Positions 26,365 through 40,709 of a DNA stretch of 64,000 nt are shown here, one piece after another. The translations under genes and the position numbers were made by a program. Source of the DNA: Amoeboaphelidium protococcarum X5 (lineage: Eukaryota; Fungi; Aphelidiomycota). How positions within the stretch are numbered: position 1 is the first letter of the stretch; the number at the start of each line of letters is the position of its first letter. The notes under the pieces are model-generated. The model saw only the letters and a list, made by a program, of their open reading frames with translations, was not told the DNA's origin and searched no databases. The DNA lies in contig JALDTO010000200.1 in the NCBI GenBank assembly GCA_023515725.1, positions 550,276 through 614,275 of the forward strand, written 5' to 3'.

Positions 26365-26727
26365 TGCTATATAGTAAATTGATGCGCTGATCAAAGTGCT
26401 GAGTTGAAGTTTCTCAATTTAACAACTTCCAATTTCAATCTGAAACAAGCCACCAGAACGCAATAAGGCCGCGCTTTTAAACTTTGCTGTGCTTCCAGTA
26501 AAAACAGTTTTGGCTCTCAGCGTTACCAAACGCGGTTTGTTTGAGGATCGCAAAACAAATGACACAATGAAGGCCAACTAAACACTCGAATATCCTAATG
26601 GGCCGTACAATGAACGAAATATGAAAAAGTTTATCATCATAATAACCCAACATTTATTGATGCTATTCAAATCTATTCAATACATATTTAATGCAAAATT
26701 ACAAGCGAGTTTTCAATGAGACTAAAT

Positions 26728-28047
26728 TCACAAAGAGCTTTGAGAGGAAGTCTCTGCCAGAACGTCGGACGATTCTTATGGATGGGACACTTAAGATACC
26801 ATGGACTCAGCGCCGGTAAATGGGGTAGTCTATTACTATCCTACCACCTGATACTATTCAACTGTAGGAGGCGGCGCCAAACCATACATTGACTGATATG
26901 GATACATTGATAGCGGTGTAAACATTGGAACAAGGAACTATTGTGCATACAGCTATTGTTACAGCTATTGTTACAACTGCATTCTTCTGTACTGCGGATA
27001 AGACACAGGAGCCGTAGTATTACGAGAACGACCGGAAGACGGTACGCCTTTGTACTAGACGCGCAGCTGGCAGCCCATAAGCATCTACTCATTCATTGAG
27101 ACTGCGCGCGCAGCTGAGGACATTTCAGAGTAAGTGATAAAGCAGAAAGCAGAGCGTCGATTATGACCAGTATCCTCCGCCTCTTTATTAGATACCATCT
27201 CTGGATCAATCAACTTCATCGACTCAATATCCCCAAATTCAGTAAATTTCTCAATCAAAACATCTTCATTCACCAAATCCAGATTCAAATTACCGACAAA
27301 GATTGAATAATAATCAACCTCTTGCCTATTACGCACAGAGAACTAATCACTAGCCCATTCGACCACCCAACTTTTAAACTGCCCTTTCAAGCAAGCGAAA
27401 GCCTTTAGAGCATCTTCGCGATAGATAAACTTGACAAAACCACTGCCTTTACTCTACTAAGTATGATTGTTGATGAGCAGGTGGAAATCTTCAATAGGGC
27501 CAAACTGTTCCAGAATCTCCATTATATCACCTCTACTCCACTGCTTTGAAAATTTGGCAACGAACAGGGTGCGATTGACTTTCGCCTTCTCAATACGGAC
27601 GGCTCTGGAGTCAATAACTGAATGCTACGACTTGATACGCGCCTTATTAGCATCTTGTACAGACTTGAACTGCACAAAAGCAAATGGTCTATTCTGATTG
27701 TCAATGGACACTTTAACACTAACAATAGGACCATAACACTCGAAATGTGTCAACACCGACTGATGCAATTGCTCCAATGTCTTGCCCGAGTTCAGAGATG
27801 CCACAAATATACACGCCTATGGATCACCTTTACCGCTATCATCTAGCGGATACTCTGCCCCGTGCACTTGAATCCACTCTTGTACACGAGCCATAACTGA
27901 CTACTTATCACTATTGTTCAATTGCAACTACACACCACCACTCAAATCACTGCTACGACGACTGCCAGTCTCCAAATTCAAACTAGATTCAAAGTGCCCA
28001 CTCAAATCGCTACCACTGCTAGAAGTTACGTGTCTATTCATACTCAT
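26728..28047 (-). CDS. RIM4: Rim4-like three-RRM RNA-binding protein with Q/P-rich tail
   Basis: GDPQACIFVASL...VKVSIDNQNRPFAFVQF...RIEKAKVNRTLFV closely parallels yeast Rim4 RRM1; third RRM YSIFVGNLN. Confidence 0.8.
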
Positions 28048-28423
28048 GATAATGTAAAAGCTAACTGCCACAATATAATATTTATATAAAGACACAACTA
28101 GACGCGTTAATTAGGATAATAAACTGGAGACAAATTACCATTTCAATTTACCAGATAAATGATGACAACCGTGATGTGATGATCTGTCACCTAGCAATCA
28201 CTCAATTCTACTTCTGTGCTCAGTCTTAGTCAGGTAAGTATTCTACATACTCCAAGAGATATATTTACTGAAATTTGAAATCTTTACATGTATTAACAAT
28301 CAGAGCGATAATCATATGTAATCTAAAGTACTTTGTCTACCGCTAAACTTCCACATTAAAGCAAACTGTAGAAACTTCCCTCTTCAAAACTTTTGCGAGA
28401 GATCAAGAGGAAAACGAATCAAA

Positions 28424-30217
28424 ATGGTAAATACGCAAGATTATGATTTAAAAGTGACATTTAGTGGGAAAGAAGTAACTATTACTAACGCACAGTAAAC
28501 GGACATGGTACAATTTGATATTCAGCGAGATATCAAGTGTATCGACTTTCTCTCCAGTCGTTCGCTGGTTGCAGTTGGTGATGATCGCGGTCAGATACTG
28601 ATGTATCGCTTTGTGTCTTTCACCACTAAGCCGTAGTTTTTGACTCGTCTGCATTGGCACTAGTAAGCTGTGTGTGCTCTGAAATTCTCTGCTGACGGAA
28701 ATTATCTCTACAGTGGTGGATATGAGCGCGTTCTTGTGCGTTGGCATCTGGATTCCGGAAATAAGACCTTCTTGCCGCATCTTGGATCTCCTATCGTTGA
28801 TATCACGGAAAATTCTGCAGACTTTACGCTATCTATTGTGTTGTTGAGCAATGAGTAGCTGGTGGTTGATGTTACCAACTGGGAGCTGAAAGATCGTCAC
28901 GCTGGAATTGCGTATTAACTGGCGCGTCATGAATGGAATCATCCACCTCTTAGCTAGCGATAGGGTGAGTTAATAGTGGCTGGTGGTGATGTGGCCGTCA
29001 TTAACGGTATACCGGGCACGCTTTAGTTTTGGTCAGTTAGTAGGAATGAAGAGGTGCAAACATTGGTAGTGCGTCCGCTCCCGCCTGTGCATATGAATGA
29101 TGACTCTGGGCTAGTGGCCACATTTAATATTCAACAAGTTGCCTTGTCAAGGAATTAGAGTTGGCTCGTCACAGTTGATTCTTATTGTGCTAATGGTAGT
29201 GCTCATGATGAAGTCTGTCTGAAGTTCTGGCTCAAGAATTCAGAAACTTTTAAATATGAACAAGTGTCTTTGATTTAGTTGCCCTTAGACGCGTCTGTGG
29301 CCAGAATGGATTTTATTTAATCTGATCGTGTAATTGTTGGTCTTAAATCTGGAGTGATTAAAGTATTTAATGTTAGAGAACGCGTATTCTCCTCTAACAG
29401 AGTAATGCCTCAGTACAAAAGGTTTACATGGGAGTAGGTAACTGAATTTGGCTATAAAGGGATGAGTGTGAATGATTTATGTGTATCCGACGATGGCTCA
29501 TTACTTGCTGTCGCTCATGATAGAGTGATCTCATTTTGGTCCAGCGTGAATTTTTAGTTACTTAGCACAATTCCTCAGCCTGTTCATGCAGGTAATTTTA
29601 CTAAACTTTGCTTTAGTTCTATGCAGAGGAGACCAGATTCTTTCAAGAAATGTTACTTGATGGCTACTACATCTGATGATGAAGAAGTGTATGTTTACGA
29701 TCTTCTGGGTAGGAATAAGGTTGTGTGGACTGGAAAATACAACGTCAAGTCAATTGTATTTGATTCTGATTCCAACTCTTTTGTCTTCCACCACCAGAAA
29801 GACGGTGGTTGCTTCATATGCTCTGTAAACGCTGCGTCATGGTCCATTAATTTTGATATCAAAATGGAGAAGGGTGTTCGTGGTGTAGGATACGCGAGAC
29901 AGAAGGGAAGCAAGGCATCTAAATTGATCTACATGACTAACGAATTCGCGTTTGATGGTGTTCAGGAAGAGATTGAAATGCTTGATGACAGTGACTTGGC
30001 TCAAATGAACATTAGGGAGGTGTAAAGAGATCATCTACTTAAAGCATACTAGAAGAATGTAGAAAATGGTCAAGATGGTCGTTTAAAGAGTAAAAGTGTT
30101 TGGGGAAAGGGAAGAGTCGCCTTACAGTCAAGTAACAGTGCCAAGTTACGGGCATCCCATCTGCTTCCATCGTGCAAAGACTTGCTGCTTAATTTTATCA
30201 ATGAGAACATCAAATGA
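28424..30217 (+). CDS. UTP17: WD40 protein UTP17/NAN1/WDR75 (start uncertain)
   Basis: LHWHQQAVCALKFSADGNYLYSGGYERVLVRW...FLPHLG, NGIPGTLQFW, LKFW, C-terminal SHLLPS. Confidence 0.85.
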
Positions 30218-30501
30218 AACATTAAAGATTTTAAATTCAATATCGATTTTTATTGATCACTACATCATACCTGAGTGATAAAATCATTACTAGAAATGTG
30301 GAGGCTCTCAAGTGACACAAAGATCTGGCGCGTTCAATCAGAAAGCTGATTCGAGCGATTTGTGTTTCAACTGGGTGTACATTAGCGCACACTCTCTTAA
30401 CACGCTTTATTCTTCTTACTGCCGTCTTATTTCCCCTAAATATATTATCTCGTAAATAAATAAAATATCCATTAACGTTGGAGCATAGTTATACATACTC
30501 G

Positions 30502-32171
30502 ATGCTGTATTCTTAGTCACGCTTCCGCGAAAAGATAGTTTTGGCTACTATTGGCGTATGTCTTCTCTTGTACTTTATTCAAGATGGCTTCCTATACTAA
30601 AAGGTTAGCGATTCTGATCAAGAATTTCCATCTTTAATACATAGTAATCAGTACACTAATTCAGAGCGGTCTTTAAGAAGATTGGGTATCAATGATACAA
30701 CGAAGCGCCGCTATTACCTAATTGTCGATGGGATTATATTTCAGATGCAGAGGAGTAATCCTAAAGGTATCTCCACTGTATGGAAGAATCTGCTTTCCTA
30801 ACTGGCTTAAGAATTCAACGGTGATGATCGACTCTATTTTTTAGATCCATGTCCTGATAATCCTTACACCGCTGAACTGGCTCACGTTGAAAATCTCAAC
30901 TATATTCCGCGCCATTAATCTATATAAGGTAATGCTTGTTTACAGCTGTATTATGATCAATGTTTTACCGTATTTTTTATGTAGAGACTATACAAAAGGA
31001 AATTATCAACGATCTTGATCCATATACGTAAGGCGATGATGCTGGAGTAATTTTGGTGTTCATTAGTACATACTACGATTATCCAGAGCTTTCGGAACTC
31101 TGCAACATTATCATGTACCATGATCTGATTCCTGAAAATGTTGGTATGGATACTGGACCTTATACTGAATACTATCCTCGAATATCTATTCTTGATCGGA
31201 TAGCCTCAGTCATATCCGTATCTGAAGCAACGTCGCGAGATATCTTAAAGTGGTATGGCGATAAGGTACGATTGTCTGAATCTGATATTTAACAAGAGGA
31301 TACTGATACTGATAACTATGAAGATGATGTCACCAAGAATACGATAATATCTACAATCTAGAATAGGATTAGTCGCGATGTGTTCCCTGGTATTGCCACT
31401 TCGGAGCAGATCATGTAGGTGCGTAGCAAGTACAAATTCCCATCCGTAAAAGATCCTGCGTACGTTAAAAACGGAACACTGATAGACTACTTTGTGACTG
31501 TAGGATCAGCACATAGCTACAAGAATTCCAAGTATATGTTTGCAGCACTAGATCTTTTACCTGACGATGTATTGTAAAAGTTTTGGATACTGATGATCGG
31601 TCGGAGTGAGCCCACAGAGTAAGAGTTATCGTATATATCAAACCATCCAGTTGTGATAACTGAGAATGATCATTAGAGAAAAGTCGTGTCGTCTAGAGAT
31701 GGCAAGTCTCATGTGCCAATTAGATTTAAGATTGTCGTGTATATGGATCTAAAAGATCTGCCAGCGACATACTCGGGATCCCTGGGTCTGATCTACATTT
31801 CTCAGTATGAAGGATTTGGACTCCCGCTAGCAGAGGCTCTCACCTCAGGCACTTTGGCAGTGACACATAATTCTTCATCATTACCTGAAGTGGGCGGCAG
31901 TGCTCCGATATACGTACAAAACGCCTAAGATCCATCCCAAGTTGCGGCTGCCATGACCAAGTTGTTATCACTATCGGCGGAGGAGCGTGATTTGAGAATT
32001 TAATCGGGTAGAAAGTATGTGGAAAGATTCGGTGGTGGTGGTGATGATGGTATAGGACATGGATGGGAAGAGATGGCATCCTAGATAGCTGATCACATTC
32101 GCAACAGCACAAAGCATCGCTCTCAACAATGCTATTACCCTCAATACTCTGTTTCAACTTCTATCAGGTGA
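30502..32171 (+). CDS. Type II membrane-anchored GT4 (GT-B) glycosyltransferase
   Basis: N-terminal TM; IVDGIIFQ...[46 protein letters not shown]; intron 30929-30984. Confidence 0.88.
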
Positions 32172-32563
32172 TGTTATAGTCAATTTTATATTGTATACGC
32201 ATTCGCTTGTAAAGAAGAAAAGAATGATATACAATAAACACTATATTTTTTGGTCAATATTCGTTTCAAAATTTGTTCACCAACTTCAATTGACGGGACG
32301 ACATAAGTTCCCATGCGCGTTTAAAGCCTGTCACTCACTGATAGATGAGTCTGGATGGCCAGCCGACCTGCGCTGCTTTAGCTTTGCTTTGTTTCGCGCA
32401 ACGCGTCTGAACTTTTCAACGCGGCCCTCGCTCTTGTCTCTCTGTCCCATTCTCTTTTACATCTAACTGATAATACTTACTGTCTTTGGTGCACAGACGA
32501 ATATATTTAGCTTTTTTAAGAAGTTGTATAGTTTATCATCATATTCAATTTAATTAATCTAAT

Positions 32564-35385
32564 ATGGGTGGATAATAATTGAGATTTGACGGAAAAGTTG
32601 TCGTTGTAACTGGTGCTGGTGGAGGTACGATTGCCATTCTCTACTTTGTCGTGACAGATTTTTACTTGGCCCTTGAAGTGACGGTGTAGGTATTGGTAAG
32701 GTGTATGCTCTTGCGTTTGCTGATAGAGGTGCTAGTGTTGTGGTCAATGATTTGGGAGTGTCCAGAGGTGGTGAAGGTCATTCTGGAAAGGCAGCTGACG
32801 TCGTTGTCGATGAGATAAAGTCTCGCGGTGGAAACGCTGTGGCGAATTACAACTCTGTGGAGGATGGTGATTAGATTATTAAGACTGCGCTGGATGCATT
32901 TGGTCGTGTGGATATTGTTATCAACAATGCCGGTATTCTGAGAGATAAGACTATGGCCAGGATGTCTGACCAGGATTGGGATCTGGTTCATGCTGTTCAT
33001 GTCCGTGGTAGTTACAAAGTTACCAAGGCTGCATGGGATGTTTTCTAGAAGCAGAAATTTGGACGTATCATTAATACTGCATCTGCTGCCGGTATTTATG
33101 GAAATTATGGTCAGGCCAATTACAGTGCGGCCAAGTTGGCTCTGCATGGCTTTACTCTAACTCTTGCCAAGGAAGGTGGTAGAAAGAATGTATTTGCTAA
33201 TACTATTGCTCCTCTAGCCGCATCTAGAATGACTGAATCTGTGATGCCTCCTGAAGTTTTGGAGAATTTAAAGCCAGAATTCGTCGCACCTCTGGTATTG
33301 TATCTTTGCCATGAATCTTGTCAGGAGAATGGTAGTCTATTTGAAGTTGGTGCTGGATTTGTTGCGAAATTGAGAAGAGAACGCAGCAAGGGTATCATTT
33401 TCAAGACTGATTCTTCGTTTAATGCCGGCACTGTTGCGGCCTAGTGGGATCGTATCAACAACTTTGACGCTGGTGCTCAGCATCCAGAGACCATTATGGA
33501 TGTGGACTGGATGGGCATTCTGGAATAGGCTAAGTAGATTCCGTAGAATCCAAAGTCTCCGCAGTTGGACTTCAATGGCAAGGTTGCTATTGTTACTGGA
33601 GCCGGTGGCGGCCTTGGAAGATCTTATGCCGTTCTTCTTGGTAAAATGGGATGCAGCGTAGTGGTCAATGATTTAGGCAAGTCAAAGAGTGGTTAGATGG
33701 CAGCTGATGTTGTGGTTGAAGAGATTAAACGTGCCGGTGGTAAAGCTGTGGCCAACTATGATTCTGTTGAGGACGGTGATAAGTTGGTTGACACCGCCAT
33801 CAAATCTTTTGGCAGGATCGACATTGTTGTTAATAATGCTGGTATCTTGAGAGATAAGTCTTTTACCAGAATGGCGGATCAAGATTGGGACCTGGTACAT
33901 AGAGTGCATCTAAGAGGATCTTTCAAGGTTACCAAAGCTGCCTGGCCGCACTTTGTCAAGTAAAAGTACGGACGTATTATCAACACTGCTTCCGCTGTTG
34001 GTCTGTATGGCAACTTTGGTTAGGCAAATTACAGCGCTGCCAAGGCTGGTTTGATTGGATTTAGCAATACTCTGGCTATTGAAGGTGCCAAGAAGAACAT
34101 TATCGTGAACACTATCGCTCCTAATGCTGGTACTGCGATGACTGCGACTGTTATGCCTCCAGAGATGGTGGAAGCTCTGAAGCCAGAGTATGTCGCGCCT
34201 CTAATTGCCTTCTTGGTGCACGAGAGTAATACAACAACTGGTGCCGTATTTGAGGTGGGTAGCGGATGGGTGAGTCGTGTTCGCTGGCAGCGCACTGGCG
34301 GTGTTGGATTTCCTATCAACCAGCCACTGCAGCCTGAGGACATTTAATCAAAGTGGCCATAGATTTGTAATTTCGATGATGGCCGTTCCACCAATCCAGC
34401 TTCCACACAAGATAGTGTACAAGCTGTATTTGAGAACTTTAGCAATGTGGCCTCTGGGTAGAAGAAACAGGCATCCCAATCTACTTCTGGTGCCGGAGAT
34501 GCCAAGGTTGACTAGGCCAAGAAAATGACTTTTCCAACATAAAAGTTCACCTATGAAGAGAGAGACTCTATTTTGTATAATTTGAGTGTTGGTGCCGGTA
34601 GAAAGGATCTCAATTTGGTCTATGAGAATAATGATAGATTCGTTGTGTGTCCAACTTACGGTGTTATACCTGCATTTCCTCTCATGTTCAACATTCCCAT
34701 GCAAGATATTGTTGGACAATTTAATCCAATGATGTTGCTGCATGGTGAACAGTATTTGGAAATAAAGTCTCCTCTACCAACATCTGGTCAGTTGACGAAT
34801 GAAGCTAAGGTGGTTGATATTCTGGACAAGGGCAAGGGGTGTATTCTCATTATTGGTGTCACTTCTAAGGACTAATCTGGGAATGTGGTATGCTACAATG
34901 AGTACTCCAACTTTATTCGTGGCATATCCGGCGTTGGTAATAAGAAGGTTTCTGATCGTGGAGCCGCAACTGCTTAGAACAATCCTCCTAAACGTGCACC
35001 AGATTTCGTCATTAAGGAGAAGACTGTTGAAGATCAAGCTGCACTGTATCGTTTGAATGGTGACCGTAATCCGCTGCACATTGATCCAGAGATGGCGGCA
35101 ATGGGTGGATTCGATGTGCCTATTCTGCATGGTCTTTGCACCTTTGGTATTGCTGGTCGTTAGATTTTCTAAAAGTTTGCCAACAGCGACCCATCCAAGT
35201 TCAAGAGCATTAAAGTCCGATTTGCAAAACATGTTTTCCCTGGTGAAACTCTGCAGACTGAGATGTGGAAGAGTGATGATGGTAAGAAGATTCTATTCCA
35301 GGTGAGAGTGTTGGAGAGAGATGTGTTGGCTATTACAAATGCCGCCGTGGAGCTGAATGGTCCTATTGCTGAGAGCAAGTTGTGA
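32564..35385 (+). CDS. FOX2: Peroxisomal multifunctional beta-oxidation enzyme type 2 (two SDR domains + hydratase 2)
   Basis: Two [20 protein letters not shown] domains, [25 protein letters not shown]1 SKL directly before TGA; intron 32625-32689. Confidence 0.97.
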
Positions 35386-35410
35386 TCATAAAGTATGGTT
35401 GCTTGGTAAG

Positions 35411-35432
35411 TAGAGAGAGAGAGAGAGAGAGA
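35411..35432. repeat. (AG)n microsatellite
   Basis: About 11 AG units; similar tracts near 2140-2160, 37370-37385 and 56476-56493. Confidence 0.9.
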
Positions 35433-35504
35433 ATTGGTGAGTAAGATCAACATGATTAAACTTTGAATAACGATAGTGCTATATAATACCGCAACGGTTG
35501 AGTA

Positions 35505-37199
35505 TCATTTTTATTCTAGTTGTTGTTACACTGTTTCCCCTTTTTACTCTTATAGCCCATCAAAACTATTTTAAGGGTTACCATCGCTGTCTGTAATAGG
35601 AGATAGAGGAGCGTCAGTACTCTATTAAGAACTTCCAATTGTCGATTCGCCATGAGATTTGGCTTACCGAGAGACGTCACTCTGAGCATTAGTTGAATTG
35701 TTCTGATGGTTGGCGCTGCTCTTACTAAACATGCCTTTGAGAAATTAAGACGGTCTCAGAGTACCTGCCCGCTTCTCATGTTTAGATTTGGACGGATTTC
35801 CACTTACAGGATCACTATTGGATGCCACTGAAGACTGTGATGATGCAGCAGACAAAGTCTATGACTACGACGACATATGAGACGAGAATAAAGCTGAAGA
35901 TGCAGGAGGAGTAGCAGATCTCACATCTGCCGTCTTGGCTCTAGGCAGCGTGCCCATATTTGTAATCTACTACTGCAACAGCATGGAATCAGCACTCTTT
36001 CTACCAAAAGATCTTTTCCCGCCAGAAGATTATTACGAGCTCCCACTAGATGACGCTTTCGACGTCTTTCTATTATCATTAGCGGATGAATACGAAGTTA
36101 AAAGCGACAGTAATTAAGCATCCTCATAGAATTCCGCAATACTCAACGGCGTCAATACTACTTATTCTTCATTGTTTTGATCGTGTTTAACAGCATCCAA
36201 TCCCTCTCCACCGCTTATTAGTTAATCATAATTACTCTACTAAATAAACAGATTCTACAACTTGCTCAATTTAATCAACTATTCTGGCGGAATACCAATA
36301 CTAACATCGGCACCTAATTCAAGCAAAACTCTAAGCATATCGTACATATCATCTCGCTACTCAAGAGCAACATCTGGATCCTGAAGGCGTTTACATTTCA
36401 TCACAGCCACCATGAGAGGAGTTAATCCGCACCATTTCTGATTAATAGATGCGCCCAACTTCAACAATGCTCGGACCAGATTAATCATATTAAAAGCAAC
36501 AGCAGTTATAAGATACTGCGGCAGTTTCTCAATAGAGGAACCAAGCACAGTGCATATACTGTCATACTTGACGTTTGCGGTAATTGATGAATTGACATGT
36601 GACGGGAAGCCTCTGTCACACAGAAATAGGCACACAGACTCCATTCCATATACTATACCATATACAAAAATCCTATTCAATAGATGGATGCATTTACTCT
36701 TTTTGAAAATCTTTTACGGGATAAATGAGAGATAAGTCAATGCAACCTGTTCATTTCCATCCACAATGGAGAGACTGGAGTTGTGCAGCAGGTCTTCAAC
36801 TGTGCGAGACTTTAACTTTTTCCAATCCGGATGACTTGCGAGTGATGGATTAGTTATGGCAACAAGATTAAGATTAGAATTATTATAATTGCTATTACTA
36901 CTGGATCCCTTCCCCTTCTTACCACCACTGGAGGAAACACTGCTGAATCCACTGTACAATCCATAGAATGAAAACTTCTTCTCCTTCTTCTAAACCTCTG
37001 GCTCTGGATCCATTAGAATCTTCTTACTAATAAAATGTCTCTATCGCTGCTATTTCTGAATGTCTTGCTATATAAATTCAACATATTTAACACAATACTA
37101 CTACTGTCTGCCTCTCTCTGTACTGTCAATAAGTGATTTCTACAAATCAACAGGTTGCAGAGATGATGTCCTAGCAGACGGAATTGTACTCATATTCAT
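35505..37199 (-). CDS. Ankyrin-repeat protein with Ser-rich C-terminus
   Basis: LVRALLKLGASINQKWCGLTPLMVAV and MLRVLLELGADV; frame open to TGA 35505. Confidence 0.75.
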
Positions 37200-37723
37200 C
37201 TCAGATTGAAGCAGCTTAATTGTTTATTAATATACAGACAGTGGTGCAATAGAGAATAATGTTACACCTGATTGATGGAGTATTTGATAAATATTAAAGT
37301 TCAGATTCCTTTCACCTTGAGTGAGATTATAAGAGAGTGAGAGATAGAGTGATTTGTTTGAATGAAAGAGCGAGAGAGAGAGAGATTAAGAGGGCGAGAG
37401 CGGCAGAGAATGTCAAAATATGTAACAACTCAATAGCATACGTGCACTAGTCTATTAATGCAAAAATTGCGGTAATTTTTGTCCAGGTAAATGCTACCTA
37501 TATATCCTGCTTTTTTATAAACTCTCAAGTTTACTTCGAAAATTGCTTCTGCATTTACAAAATCTCGGCCGTTCACCAATATCGACGCCTTTTACTACGA
37601 CTGATCGCTACATGTGCTACATGGATTAACAACGTGACCAAGGCATGGTATTCGGATAATACTTACTCTTCTTAGCGTTTATAATGCAATTTAACCATAT
37701 ATATAAATATTTTAGAAAATATA

Positions 37724-40459
37724 ATGAAGAATATATTAAATTTGGCGTTACTATCTGTTGCAGTCTCCGTCCATGGATTGGTCATTCAAAAGAACTCAAC
37801 CTCTGCTCCCGTGAAGGATCGTGATGTGCTCCCAGACAGTGTTAAGCCTTTCAATTATAAGCTCCAAGTCTAACCTGATTTGAATTAATTCACCTTCAAG
37901 GGCAAGGTTGAAATAAAGCTGGCAGTCTTGCAAGACACGTCCGAGATTCTACTTAATGCTGTGGACTTGAATTTCACTAGCTCTTCATTGTTTTTGGATT
38001 CATCATCTAATGCTACTGGTGCTACTAGAAACTCAGCTCAGGTCTAAATTGGCAAGGTCAGCCTTGATAAGGATAAGCAGGTGGCGTTGCTCTCTCTTGG
38101 CTAAAAGTTGACGCGTGGCACTAATTTTACTTTGGCGATGCAATATGATGGTACTTTGAATGATAGGCTGGTTGGCTTCTATCGCTCGTCGTTTAAAGAT
38201 CCTCAGACTCATCAGATGAGTTATATGGCTGTAACTCATTTTTAACCTGGTGATGCTCGCAGATGTCTGCCGTGCTTTGACCAGCCGGATATGAAGGCTA
38301 CTTTGGATGTTTCTATCGTATGCAGTTCAAACCTTACTGCACTCTCTAACACTAATGTTATTTCTACGCGTGAGGGTGCAAATGGCACAAAAGAAGTCAC
38401 ATTTGCCACTACTCCTTTGATGGTACCTATCTGCTTGCTATGGTCGTTGGTGACCTTGATTACATCGAGGCTGTGGCTGATGATGCTACAAAGACTGTCT
38501 TGCGTGTTTATGCCCCCAAAGGTGAGGCTAATGATGGTAAGTTTGCTCTGGAAGTTGCCACAAAATCTCTCAAGTATTACTCTGAGTACTTCTAGATTCC
38601 TTACCCATTGCCAAAGTTGGATCTAGTTGCTGTACCTGATTTCTTAAGCTCAGCGATGGAAAATTGGGGTTTAAACATTTACCAATCCTCCGCAGTGCTC
38701 TTTAACGAGAAGTCTAGTACTTTCTCAGCTAAAGTCGATGTGGCTTATCTCGTCAACCATGAAGTTTCTCACCAATGGTTCGGCAATTATGTGACTCCTA
38801 CCTGGTGGGACGCTTTATTTCTGAATGAGGGATTTGCTACATGGGCTGGTTGGGTGGCAATTGACACATTCTATCCAGACTGGCAGGTATGGAATAAGTT
38901 TCTTTCCGGTGATTACCGAGCTGGTTTGACTGCTGATAGTGTACGTTCTAGTCGTCCCATTCAAGCTGTTGTAAGAAACTCATCCGTTGCTAGGTAAGTT
39001 TTTGACACTGTCACTTACCGTAAAGGTGCAAGTGTCATTCGCATGTTGTCTACCTATCTGGGTGAATAGGATTTTAAAACTGGTCTGAAAACTTATATGC
39101 GTGAGTTTCTATACCGTAATGCTGAGATTGAAGATTTATGGCGCTATTTGGAAAAGGATAGTGGGAAACCAGTTGGTAAATTTATGCGCGAGTGGACGTA
39201 ATAACCTGGCTTTCCACTGGTAAAGGTGGTCTAGAAAGGCAATAAGCTGACCATTAGTTAACAGCGTTATTTATCGCATGATGGAGGTAAAGCTTCTATC
39301 CTCCGGGAACCAGAGTACTGTATGGCAGGTTCCTCTGCAGATAATAACCTCTGACTCCCATTCACAGTCTTTAGGTGGATTGCTGCAAGAGCCTCAACAA
39401 GAGATTGAAGTTCCCGGCCTATCTTAAGCAAGCTATTTCAAATTGAATCATCTGCACACTAGTTTTTATAATACTTAATATGAAGCTGCAGCTTTGGTTA
39501 AGATTGGGGAAGCTGTTAAGTAAGGAAAGTTGACCTCTGCTGATCTCATCGGGCTGGTGGCTGACTCTTTTGCATTGGGTAGATTTGGTATTGGTTCTAT
39601 CGTCGATGGCTTAAAGTTGTTGGAGAGATTCCAAACTGAAGACTAGTACGGTGTTTTGTAATAAATTGCCTTGAATTTGGGTGTATTCAGAACTGTTTTC
39701 TGGAATTAACCGAAGGAAGTGCTGTCAAAGATTGCTCAACTTACGCTTAATGTTTTTCTCCCAGCCACCAAGAAAGTGGGCTGGGAGTATGATGTTAAAG
39801 AAGACTTCGTTACTGAAGAACTCTGTAAATTGGTATTAGGATAAGTTTTAGTCCATGGACGTGATGCTGGCTTTATTGCTGAGGCCTTGAGAAAATTTCA
39901 GTCTTTTGTCGCCGGCAATCAGTCTGCGATTCATCCAGATTTAAGATAAACTGTGTTGTCTACCGCTGTGGCAGAGGGTGGTGTAAAAGAATGGGACAGT
40001 GCCATGGGTTTGTACACGAAGGCATCAAAATCGGAATAAAAGAATATGATATTGTATGCTTTGGGTATGACTAGAGATGAAAAGTTGATTAAGAAAACGC
40101 TCGACTTTGCTTTAACCCCCGCCGTCAAGTCTGATGATATTTCCAGTGTTATGCTTGCAATGTTAGACAATCCTCAGGGAATTAAGATAATGTGGGAGTG
40201 GGTCAAATCAAACTGGGACCTTTTGTCTCAACGTTTTAGCGCTGGAATCTTAAGCGACCTTGGTTCCATAGTAGAGATCTCATTGGAAGCATTGAATTCT
40301 CAATAGTATTACAATGACGCGAAGTCATTCTTCAAGAGCAAGAACATCATTTTTATCAGCCACTCTATAGAGACTGGACTGGAGCGTATTTCAAGATAAT
40401 CGAGGTGGATTGAAAGAGACAACCTTCTGGTAGCTGAATGGGCAAAGTCGTAAAGTTGA
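37724..40459 (+). pseudogene. Secreted M1-family aminopeptidase with two frameshifts
   Basis: Signal peptide; ARRCLPCFDQP, SAMENWG, HEVSHQWFGN...NEGFA; frameshift at ~38423 (ATG-GT-ACC instead of MST) and a second at ~39290-39300. Confidence 0.85.
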
Positions 40460-40709
40460 ACTATGAATAAAAGTGATGAAGGTTGAATAAAAGATTTAAC
40501 GCAACGCAATAGTAATTTTCGTTTATTCCACCCTTTTACTAGCACACAACATTACCTGAAACTTCACTGGCAGTCAATCGATGTGAATGTAAACTGACGT
40601 GTCGTTTAACTTGTCCATGTGCCTACAGATCAAAGCTACAGCGAGTGACTGAGACGCAGACTACGGCTTTTCTGTGAAAATATAACAAAGAATTTGAGAT
40701 TTGATCATT

